A DNA stretch of 64,000 nt, taken from contig JAHRHZ010000023.1 of NCBI GenBank assembly GCA_024137785.1, positions 42,590,260 to 42,654,259 on the forward strand. The letters are read 5' to 3'. The stretch comes from Ginglymostoma cirratum. Its lineage: Eukaryota. The notes under the pieces were generated by a model, which saw only the letters and a program-made list of their open reading frames with translations, searched no databases and was not told the DNA's origin. Below, piece after piece: positions 25,901 to 37,900 of this stretch; position 1 is the first letter of the stretch, and every line of letters begins with the position of its first letter. Both the position numbers and the translations under genes were made by a program.

Positions 25901-28900
25901 TGCATGTTTAGTTTTAATTAAATATCACACAAACGTGTCTCTTCTCTATTACCTTAATGTTGCTATTTCTCTCCATTTTCTTTCTGCCCTGTGCACTCTC
26001 TGCCTTTTTCTTTCCACACTGGATTCTAGAAGGCAGCTGCCAGTGACTCATCCTTGTAATTGCTCCATGTCGTCTCGTACCTTCTCTCTCTTCCTGATCA
26101 TCTTTTGCAAACCTAGTCTCTCCCTTACAATTTCTCCCTCTTTTCTTTTTCATCCACCTTCCCTTTCAATATATTCTTCCTGTTACTTCACTCATTTTTA
26201 TAGCCATCCTGTGTTCCTCTTCCTACTTGTCCCTTCTGGCCTACTCTCTGAAACCCTTGGGCTTGATCACCCCCACTTTCCCCAACCCTCCGTGGCCCCA
26301 CCATTCCTTTTTTTTTTTGTTTGAACAATCCCACCATCTTTCTGTTTTCTTCCCACTGTGACTCAATAAAACCTCCAAATTAAAAATGTTACATTTTGAA
26401 ATCTCTGCAAGTGAAACTGGCATTTTGATGAAGAAACAGAAGCGATGAAGTGTGGGGATGCTGTAGCATGAACCAGCATTGCTTGAGACTGCAGTGTAAG
26501 TATTGGTAAGTGGTGAAACCATTGAAAAGGTTTTAGTTTCTTTTGAGGAGGATTTTGCATATATGTCATAGAGTAAGAGTGTTAATCTGGATAAACATTC
26601 CAAGTGCGACATTTGAATTTCTTTTGTATATCCACCTGATTGTGGAATATCAAAGCATCATGATGGAAATTCTGTAAATAGAGTCATTGTAAGATATAGC
26701 AAGCAAACCAGAATGCTGCAGGCTGAGGAAACGTGGCCCTGGTCATGGCATGAAAGGAGGGATGAAGCTGTTGATGGGTGAGACAGAGATCATTTTGTGT
26801 TTCAAACCCCAGAAGGGCGCGGTTTACTGGACAGCAAAGATCGTCACGCTCCGATATTCTTCAGAGATTTACACAACTTGCAACAAACACCTCCAAAGCA
26901 CTGGAAAACTGTCACCAGCATTGTCTTCACACTATCCTTCAAACTTAGTGGCAAGAAAGGCAGTCCAACAGCAGTGTCTTCTCCTAAGCCAACAGTCCTA
27001 GCGTGGAAGAGCTGATCGTGCAGAATCAGCTCTGTGGGCCGTGCCACTCGTGGCTGATATCTGATTCCAAAGCAATTGGTCTAGTCAGACCTTGGTCATT
27101 GCAGGAGACTTTAGAGGTGATAGTAGAGATGAACATGTCTGAAGAAGTCATATACCATAGCCGACTCCTGGGAATACTCAGCTTGTAACTGACTGAAATG
27201 GAGAATTTCATTTGGAAATGCATCAAGAGACTTTGGGAGTACAGAGGGGCAAAAGTCAAGACATCAGAAGGAATGCCTAAACTTCCAAGCAGCCCATCTA
27301 CCCAATTGTTCAAACATCATCATGTGGTCGAGTCTACAGAGCACACATTGAGCTTACCAGCCATTTCAGAACCCGTGGAATAGTGTCATCCTTGATCCGG
27401 AGGGGCTGCCTCAGATCAAGACTTTGTGTATATGTAATACTGTTGTAATAGATACGTGCTGAATGTGGTGCAGCTCACATTGGGTTAAATTGGGGGAATT
27501 TTGGAATAATCAGGATATTGATTCCTGTAGCACATCACCTAGCCTGGAAGAGAAGCTGTTTTTACTTTTCAACATGATCAAAACCACAGAGTCCTGTTTG
27601 CTGAATGGCAGTTGTTGCATAGTTAGCATTCTTGACTTTGAGTCACAAGGTTCCGCGTTCAAGCAATTCCAAAGCTTGAGCACGGCAATCAAGGCCAACA
27701 TTTGTGCATTACGGAGGTCAGAGATGCTATTTTCCAGATGAGATGTTAAAGCATCATCCCATCTGTCTGCTGGACAAGAACGAACCCATATCATAATTTC
27801 AAAGAAAACAAGGGAGTTTTCCCTGGTGTCCTTACCAATTTTTTGTCTCTCTACGGACATATAGAACAGGTTTTTATAGAGTCTAACTAGAGGCCATTGA
27901 TATCAGACAGTCACCAAGAAATCCAAAAGAAAATTCAGAGCAGACAACTTTGCCCAGAGGGTGGTGAATGTGTGGATCTCACTACCCCTCGAAGCAGATG
28001 AAGTGAACAGTATAAATGGCCATAAATGGGGAACCTGAGAAGCTGCTGGAGTAGGGATTAAAATGGTAGATTTGGATTTAAAAAAAAAAAGGAAGAGGCT
28101 TCAGTAGAGCTTATATGCTGGCTTGGATCGTTGGGCCAAATGGCCTGTTTCTGTGCCATATATCAAATACAAAACATGATCATATTGCTTTTTGTTGGTG
28201 CTTCTGCTATGCAAGAGCCAGCTGCTGCATTCCCTACACAAAGTGATTATGCTTCATAAATGCTTCATTGGCAGTAAGCTTCCTTGAGACACCCAGTAAT
28301 CATGAAAACAGTCCTAGAACTGTTTCACATTACATTTCTCCAGTTTTGTCATTATCTTTCCCAAATTATCTCTCACTCCTTGGAATGTGAATGCTTCTTT
28401 TTTGTTTCTGAATCCTTTCCTCTTGTCAGTGTTGAAGCTGCTTTTTCTGGGACGTTCCTCAATTCATCACTGTGGTTCCTACACGTGTTCAAATCCCTCT
28501 CTCTATGCAGTTTCTATATTTCTCACTTGAATTTTGAAGCCCATCATATACAGCAAATGGCATGACATGTTTTGAGTGGAGTTGAGTACTAAAATTTAAC
28601 AGGGAGAGCTTGTCAGGGTGCTCATGGGATAAATACATTATGAGAGAGGAAATAGGAGAACAAGGATTGAGGCCTGGAGGAAACATGGTGGTGATGTTGG
28701 AATCATTGGGCATGGAACTAATTCTCATTAGGGATAGGGAGTACAAATAGGATTGTGTTATATGGTGGAATATGGAGGCTGAACTGCCCTGATAAGCAAT
28801 GGTGGAATGGGGCTAGACTGTAAGAGGAAGATAATCTGAGAAACTGGGTAAGGGATTTGGAAGTTTGGGTGCATGTCAGAGGCTTCTAAGGGTGGGCTCA

Positions 28901-31900
28901 TTAGTAGGCTTGGATCATGTACGTTTGGTTTAGTTGGAGTAATTGCTGGTATCCTACACTTTGTTTTGACAGCATCTGGGAAGGAGGAGTCTGTGGTTTG
29001 ACAGGCCTAGACACTTGGGGTTTGTGTTGCTTGGGTAAGCGAGTTAAGAGGAAGCGGCTAAGGTAGCAGGGCACACTTAAGTAGCTTTCAGATGTGTTTT
29101 GAAAGTCTTGCAGCCTTTTTATCTGTTCTGTGCTGTTATGATGTTCAGCAGAAACAACTTTTCCTTTGTGTATCAATCCTTACCTTTCTATTTCTCGTAC
29201 CATTTACTCCACATCCACAGTATCCTTTACCTGCTCGTTGTAAATCACACTCTGATACTTCCGCATGTGAGAAGTACTTCATGAATATATTTGCTGTTGC
29301 ATGTTATCAATCTGACTGCCGGTAAAACTTGGCTGGCTGCTCTTTGCCTATAACAAAGTCACACGTTTACTTAAGGTCCAAACATACACTTGCCAGCAAG
29401 GTGACCAAATTGAGTATTCTTTCAGTGTATTAGGTTGCTGGATGGGCCCATATACAGTCTTTAACGCAACAATTGCTGCCTTTGCCAGTGGCACTGTCAC
29501 CTCATGAGCAATTTGAAAAAGAAAATCATAATTTTATTTTCACGAGAGTGTATGAAGAGTTTCTTCCCGCTTCTAGCATCCTTCGAACCTATCTTGAAGG
29601 CACATGCTGAGGTATGGTTCTGGTGTATACTATCAAAGTTCCTTTTGTGACCAAGAGGTTATTGTTATGTGATGTTACACTTGTTGCCAAGAGAAAATTA
29701 TTTGACTGGGGACACATCAGCCGATCTCTAGTTTTGAACTCATGGGGTAGTGTCCAGATAGGTACAAAATGACACCAAGTAAGAGCTGAGAATGCAACGC
29801 TGAATCCTGGCTCTCAAGAAAGTGACAGAACTATAACATGACGCATCTACACAGGCAGATGTCTTTATAAAGACGGTTATAAGAATTTGTAAAGGGAAAA
29901 TAACTGATATGCAATGTGGGAAGAAACAAAAATCTTTATGTAGATCAAATTCCTTCTTGTTAACTTAGTACTGATGGAGTGATGAGCCAGAATTGGCAAC
30001 TAGATTTGTTCCAAGCAGACAGAAATAAAAGTTGAGGTTTTGGAAAAGCAATAAAGTATCCACATGTTGAACAAGAATAAAAGCTAATTTATATTTGAAC
30101 TTTGTTGTGTGGGTAGGATGTGATGAAAATGCAGATCTACTTTGAAAGCTGATACTTTACAAGGTTGTAGAACACCCCGTTCTGACTTGCATTTTGTTGT
30201 TATTTTGTTCCTTCTGCAGACTAGAACAGCCGTACTTGTCAGCAAATGCACAGTTCTTTCAAGCGCTGGGGCACTGCTCATCCCTGGAGCGATTCTGCAT
30301 AGTTTCTCGGCACGGAACCTTCCAGCATGATGCAGTGATATCGTTCATGACCAAGTGCCCAAATGTCATCATGTGTCACATGTTTACAGGAGAGACCCTG
30401 GTGGCCTGCAAGAATCTTCAGCAAGCGCTGATCACAGGGTAAGTGGAAAGAAATTGCTTGTCTACAGAAGCAGCAAGTCACAGGTGTGGTATGTAAAAGT
30501 AAACAATACTCAAGGTCTGAATGTGTTGGTGGAAGCACACCAAATAGCTTTAATGGATCTAACAAGTGCTAAATAAAGTGCAGGTATTTCTGCTGTAACG
30601 CATGTTTCGTTAATGCGAATTGGCTATAACGCGATTGAATAGTGGACACTGAATAACGTGGAGTTTCTACTGTTCAGACTAGTGATTTTCTATAACGCAG
30701 GGTCACATAAGAATGTAGTGATTGCATTGGAGGAGAAATGCCTGTGGATCAGATAACTAACGGGTTGTCTTTCTGTCCCATTAAAGCATTTGGGTTATAG
30801 GTTTTAAAATGTTCTTTAAATTAAGATTTCATATCTTAAAAGCTATTTTAAAAACTTGTCAGAAAGTGCCTGGTGTCTTGTTCAGGCTGTCCCTGTTACT
30901 GTATTCCTGAGGCCATAACCATTGCTTCCCCTCTCCTGCACAAGGTTTAACTAAGCTTGCCGTGTGTGGCATTAGAAAGTCTACAGTCGCCCTGAAGTGT
31001 TACTGTGGTAAGGAAGGGCATACTAAATAGCCAGCATTTGCATTGCTGATTACGATCAATGTGTCTCTTGCTGGAAATTTGTACATTTGGATGCACATCA
31101 TTGATTGTGATAACAACTGACATTCCAACCCAAAGTCTCTTGATCATGTAATTTATAAATATTGTCTAATTTTCACACATGATACCAGAAGGCTCCACAG
31201 GTTATTTGTGGATCCTGCAGTTAATAGAAACACCACACTTCACAACAGCAGGTTGTTTTGACGTTCAGTGTCGCGTGCATAGAACAATAGGAATGTGCAG
31301 CTTATGTTATAAGCATTGGGCAGATGCCATAAATTAGTTGATCTTTTTGGCATAATGTTCCTTGTTTCATCCTATACAGATAATGTCTGATTCTGCTGTA
31401 CTGCTTATCTAATCAGATCGAGAGTAATTTTGCTCCTTAGTATCACGGGGCATTAACACTAGTTTAAATCATTTTAAGGTTCCAGAGATTTCTTTACACT
31501 TTCAGTAGGGGGCAATATCGTAAGATGTATCAGACTCTAGTTGTTTTCCATTTTTCATACATAGGCAATGTAAAGAGTGTTCTGCAACCTAAACACTCTA
31601 ATGGAATTGAATTGGACCAAAGTATTTAAGTGTTTAACCGCCGTATTGTGACATCTTAAACATCATCTCTAAATGGTGTTTCAACAGAAAGGTTACAAAT
31701 AGTTTAGGATTTTTTTTCTTGCTCTTTCTCTTGCACTGCATCGCTTGAGCACGTTTGGTGTGAATAAAAAGAGCAGCAGTTGTGCAGAGTTATTAGTGGA
31801 TTGTTTGATTTATACGGTCGATGTGGACTCATAAATGATTCATGGGTACATTATCCTTTTCATAATGGATAGAGGTACTTAATCCCTCTGGATTTCCTGA

Positions 31901-34900
31901 AAATGTTATCTGTAATCTACATTCTTGTGTGTGATGTATGTGTGTTTGAATGTAGCTGCATTTTGGAATGATAAAATAGGATGGGAGAGGAAAAGCACAA
32001 CTTCACATTAAGGAGTACTGAAGTATAAAAAGCAGGGGTAAAAAATACAATTGGTAGGAGAGATATCAGGAAAAATTAAAAACATTGAAAAGTGACACTG
32101 GGAATATGCAGTCACTTGCTCACTCCCTAGTTTACGCTGTTGCCCAAAGGGCTGAGTTGAGTGGATTTTTTTTCCCCCCCTATGAACCACTAGCTTTTAT
32201 GATGCATACTCTGAGTTCCTGGTGGACTTGTTATAACGTTAGTCCATTTACAGATGGTACTTTGGATTTTAAAGTATGTGGCCACTGCTGCTCAATTGCT
32301 GACTCTGTTAATGTCATTTTTCTGAAAATATGGCCTGAAGCGAAGACCTATTTATTTTTCCTATGTCGCCATGCTGTAGGTCATTGTGTAGGAGGTTTAG
32401 CTTTCTCCCGCTTTTACCATCCCATGCTATATTTGTACTGCAGTGAAGTTAATCATGTGAGGCCCAGTGAGATTAATAAGGGATATGGAATGAAACCAGT
32501 GTGTCCTTGCTTGCCTCTTTGAAGCCCGCAGCATTCTTGGTTCATACTTTTTGCTGCTTTGAAATTGATTACAGATCACGCCGAGTAGCCTAGAATCATT
32601 TTTTGACAGCAGGTTATTAGCTGTGGTATTTTGCAGTCAGCTGTTTGTGGATGTCCTCACGCTAAGGCAAAATAGATCCTTATTCAACTTCTAAATAGCA
32701 TCTTGGAAAAGGTAGAGTGGGATAAAGAGCATTAGGCTTTAAGATGAGTCTTATTGATCATATTTACTTCCGTTGAATGTTTGAATCTTTCCACTGCTGA
32801 TTAATCCTCGTGTCAATCCTTATTCTCTTAGTCTCCAGTGACATTAGGATGCACATTCCATTTCCAGTATTTTCAGACCAAGTAGTGGGAAAATGCAGCG
32901 GAGCTATTCAGACATGTTTTCCACATTTACCAGTGCATCCGTCGGCCATGGTGCGTGGACCTGCAAGTCAGTTCAGCATAATGAAACTCAGCAGGTCTGG
33001 CAGCATCTGTAGAGAGAAAAACAGAGTGAGGCTTTAAGTTTGTTACCATTACTTGCTCTGAAAAAAGGAGTCATATTGGACTTGAAACATTAAATCTGTT
33101 TCTGTCACCACAGATGTTGCCGGACTTGGGCTTCTCCAGCATTTATGTTTTTATTTTCAAACTCAAATATCTGCAGTATATTTTTTAATTTCAATGTGAT
33201 AACCCGGCCTGAAATTTTAAGTTTAATTTAACCTCTAATGATTCATTCCAAATAAAAATGTGGAGTGTTAATGTAGAAATCTTGGATAGCTCGGTAGCAA
33301 TTAAAAACGAATAGTGGGAGCCCTTCCAGAGTCAAAAGGACTGGATCCTGTCCAGAAGTTATGAATCAAACCCACTAACTCTACTTTCAGACTTGAGTTG
33401 GGCATTAATATTGCTAGAGAGATACTCTTTTTTTTTTTTTTTTTTGTTTTGTTTTTAAGCTAGTTTCTTCCAAATCAGCAGTTAATGATTTAATTCAGTC
33501 TATACCCTGCTAGATTTCCTCTGCAGTCTTCCCAAAATCTCTCCATTTGATTTTTTTCCAAATATTTATGACTTGCTTTCATCTTGAAAGTCCACATCCC
33601 AGGCAGCTCCCTATTACTAAATAGGAACCTGTAAGTAGTAGATTGTATATCAGTGTGGCTTAGCGGGTAGAACTTGCACCCTGAGTCACTATCCCACAGA
33701 CTTGAATACAACAATCCAGTGCAGTCATGATGGAATATTGAGGGAATGTTTGTACCGCTGCTTTTTGGATGTGCTACTAAGCTGACACCCTGGATAACAA
33801 GGCGTGGGGCTGGATGAACACAGCAGGCCAAGCAGCATCAAAGGAGCAGGAAAACTTGACGTTTCGGGCCTAGACCCTTCATCAGAAATGGGGGAGGGGA
33901 AGAGGGTTCTGAAATAAATAGGGAGAGAGGGGGAGGCGGATAGAGGATGGATAGAGGAGAGGATAGGTGGAGAGGAGGCAGACAAGTCGAAGAGGTGGGG
34001 ATGAAGCCAGTAAAGGTGAGTGTAGGTGGGGGGGTAGGGAGGAGATAGGTCAGTCCAGGGAGGACGGACAGGTCAAGGGGGCGGGATGATGTTAGTAGAT
34101 AGGAGATGGGGGTGGGGCTTGACGTGGGAGGAGGGGACAGGTGAGAGGAAAAACAGGTTAGGGAGGTGGAGATGAGCTGAGCTGGTTTTGGGATGCGATT
34201 GGGGGAGGGGAGATTTTGAAGCTTGTGAAATCCACATTGATACCATTGGGCTGCAGGGTTCCCAGGCTGAATATGATTTGCTGTTCCTGCAGCCTTCGGG
34301 TGACATCACTGTGGCATTGCAGGAGGCAGAGGATGGACATGTCTGAGGAATGGGAGGGGGAGTTGAAATGGTTCGCGACTAGGAGGTGCAGCTGTTTGTT
34401 GCGAACTGAGCGCAGGTGTTCTGCAAAGCGGTCCCCAAGCCTCCGCTTGGTTTCCCCAATGTAGAGGAGGCCACAACAGGTACAGCAGATGCAGTATACC
34501 ACACTGGCAGATGTGCAGGTGAACACCTGCCTGATGTGGAAAGTCGTCTTGGGTCCTGGGATTGGGGTGAGGGAGGAGGTGTGGGGGCAGGTGTAGCACT
34601 TCCTGCGGTTGCAGGGAAAAGTGCCGGGTGTGGTGGGACTGGAGGGGAATGTGGAGTGGACAAGGGAGTCGCGGAGGGAGTGGTCCCTCCGGAAGGCAGA
34701 TAAGGGTGGGGAGGGAAAAATGTCTTTGGTGGTGGGGTCTGATTGCAGATGGCGGAAGTGTCGGAGGATGGTGCATTGGATCCGGAGGTTGGTGGGGTGG
34801 TACGTGAGGATGAGGGGGATTCTTTTTTGGTTATTATTGCGGGGACGGGGCGTGAGGGATGTGTTATGGGAAATGCAGGAGACACGGTCGAGGGCGTTCT

Positions 34901-37900
34901 CGACCACTGTGGGGGGGAAGTTGCGGTCCTTGAAGAATGAGGACATCTGAGATGTACGGGAGTGGAATGTCTCATCCTGGGAGCAGATGCGGCGGAGGCG
35001 AAGGAATTGGGAATAGGGGATGGCATTTTTGCAGGAAGGTGGGTGGGAGGAGGTGTATTCCAGGTAGCTGTGGGAGTCAGTGGGCTTGAAATGGACATCG
35101 GTTTCTAGATGGTTACCCAATATGGAGACAGGGGTCCAGGAAGGAGAGAGAAGTGTTGGAGATGGTCCAGGTGAACTACAGGTTGGGGTGGAAGGTGTTG
35201 GTGAAGTGGATGAACTGTTCGAGCTTCTCGTGGGAGCACGAGGCGGCGCTGATGCAGTCATCAATGTAATGGAGGAAGAGGTGGGGTTTAGGGCCAGTGT
35301 AGGTACGGACGAGGGATTGTTCCACGTAACCTACAAAAAGGCAGGCATAGCTTGGGCCCATGCGGGTGCCCATGGCCACCCCCTTTGTCTGTAGGAAGTG
35401 GGAGGAATTGAAAGACAAGTTGTTGAGGGTGAGGACGAGTTCGGCTAAGCGGATGAGGGTGTCGGTGGAGGGGGATTGGTCAGTTCTGTGGGACAGGAAG
35501 AAGCAGAGGGCCTTTAGGCCATCTGCATGGGGAATACAGGTGTATAGGGACTGGACGTCCATAGTAAAAATGAGGTGTTGGGGACCGGGGAATTGGAAGT
35601 TCTGGAGGAGGTGGAGGGCGTGGGTGGTGTCACGGACGTAGGTAGGGAGTTCCTAGACCAAAGGGGTGAAAATGGAGTCTAGGTAGGTGGAGATGAGTTC
35701 GGTGGGGCAGGAGCAGGCGGACACAATGGGTCGACCAGGGCATTCAGGTTTGTGGATTTTGGGGAGGAGATCGAAGCGGGCGGTGCGGGGTTGGGGAACG
35801 ATGAGGTTGGAGGCGGTGGGTGGGAGGTCACCTAAGGTGATGAGGTTGTGGATGGTTTGGGAGATGATGGTTTGGTGCTCGGGGGTGGGGTCATGATCCG
35901 GGGGCGGTAGGAGGAGGTGTCAGAGAGTTGGCACCTGGCCTCAGCAATGTAGAGGTCAGTGCGCCATACTACGACTGCCCCTCCCTTGTTCCAGGGGGCG
36001 GTAGGAGGAGGTGTTTCAAAATCTCCCCTCCCCCAGCCACATCCCAAAACCAGCCCAGCTCATCTCCACCTCCCTAACCTGTTTTTCGTCTCACCTAGCT
36101 CCTCCTCCCACCTCAAGCCCCACCCCTATCTCCTATCTACTAACATCATCCCGCCCCCTTGACCTGTCCGTCCTCCCTGGACTGACCTATCTCCTCCCTA
36201 CCCCCCCACCTACACTCACCTTTTACTGGCTCCATCCCCACCTCTTCGACTTGTCTGCCTCCTCTCCACCTATCCTCTCCTCTATCCATCCTCTATCCGC
36301 CTCCCCCTCTCTCCCTATTTATTTCAGAATCCTCTTCCCCTCCCCCACTTCTGATGAAGGGTCCAGGCCCGAAACGTCAAGTTTTCCTGCTCCCATGATG
36401 CTGCTTGGCCTGCTGTGTTCATCCAGCCCCACGCCTTGTTATCTCGGATTCTCCAGCATCTGCAGTACCTTTTATCTCTGATAAGCTGACACCCTGTCTG
36501 CTCCCTTTGGTGAATGTGAAACATTCTGTGGCACTACATAGAGAAGAGCAGGAGAGTTGCTGGTGTTATCCAGGACAGTATTTGTCCCTTGAGGAATAAA
36601 TCCAAAAACAAACTACCTGATTATTATCACTCTGGTGTGCACAGATTCCAGTCACGGTACTCACATTGCAACAGATTCGTCAGCACTTCTTTGGTGGGAA
36701 CCCTATTTCTGACCCTGAGCAAATTAAAAATTACATCTCAATGACTTCTGTGTTGGAGATTCCAAGTCAGGAGCTTCCTGTGATGAACCTGTCTATGAAT
36801 CCAGGAGCGAAGGAGATCTTTATAGACACCACAGCACCATTTTGCAGCAGTCAGTCAGTGAGCTGTGTTCTGTGGTTTTAAATGTCCAGCCCTTTGACAA
36901 CCCCTGTGAAAGTGTAAACCATGTAATGTCAGCACAGGCTTAGGTTGGCAGTTGGGTGAGTGGGTTACGTTGCCAACTAGGTAGGATGCAGAGTAAGTAA
37001 ATGAGTGCTTACGGTCAGACTGGGGACTGGGGAGCCTGCTTGTTGGTTGGGGCTGCATTGAGAGGTCATGGGCTTTGGGTCTCGGATGGAGGTGGAATGG
37101 GAGTCATCAAATGGCAGTGGTTCGGTTGGTGTGTGGTTGGATTGAGGCAAGGTACTGGGTCTGGAAGCTGGGTTTGGATGGCTCAAGGCAGGGCACTGGG
37201 TGTGGAAGGTGGGTGTTGAGGAATTGGTGATTCTGGGTGTGTAGGGGAATTGCCACCTGGCTAGGGGTGTGCAGTGATTCGGTCTGGGGGTAGGGGTAAA
37301 TCAGAGGTGAGGCAGGGTGATGTCAAGAATGGCAGGGCTATGTTTTGGGTTAGGCAGGTTTGGATGAGGGTGTTGGGGATCAGAGGTATAGTTGGTGGGC
37401 CCAAGGGGTCAGTGGTGACTGAGTCAGGGATGTCAGATGTTAAAGAAGGTTTTTAATCCTCTAGAGCTGATGGCCTAGTGATATAATCATTACAGTACCT
37501 GGGTCTCTGGATGAATAATGTTCTGGGGACCCATGTAGTAGAATTTGAATTCAATAAAAATAAATTGGGATTAAGAATCTAATGATGACCATGAAACCAT
37601 TGCCGAATGTTGGGAAAACCCATCAGGTTCACTGATGTCCTTTAGGGAAGGAAATGTGCCATCCGTACCCAGTCTGTTCCACATGTGACTCTAGTTCCTC
37701 AGCAATACGGTTGATTCTCAACCGCCCTCTGAGCAGTAAATACTGGCCTGGCCCACGACGTCCACATCCCGTGAATGAATAAAAATAAACAAGATTAATT
37801 GAGTTGGAACCTCCAAGGTTTTCACTTTTTAAGGAGCTTTCTCAGCGGGTTCCAGACAGGGGAGTTGCGCATCAGAAGTTTCAATTTTCTGGGCAATTCT

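Larger units (their letters stand above)
33793..36481 (-). mobile_element. Penelope-like retroelement (RT + GIY-YIG endonuclease), 5'-truncated and frameshifted, with inverted pLTRs and 15-bp TSD
   Basis: RT motifs MDVQSLYT, GVAMGTRMGPSYA, YIDD; GIY-YIG VVYCI..C..C.LLYIGETKRRL..RF.EH...NHFN...LQPNGIN. TSD taagctgacaccctg at 33778-33792 and 36482-36496; inverted arms 33793-34220 / 36015-36443. Confidence 0.95.

Noticed and set aside
34158-35562. Penelope ORFs as a domesticated host gene
   Set aside because: Frameshifted, 5'-truncated and bounded by a TSD; a dead insertion.
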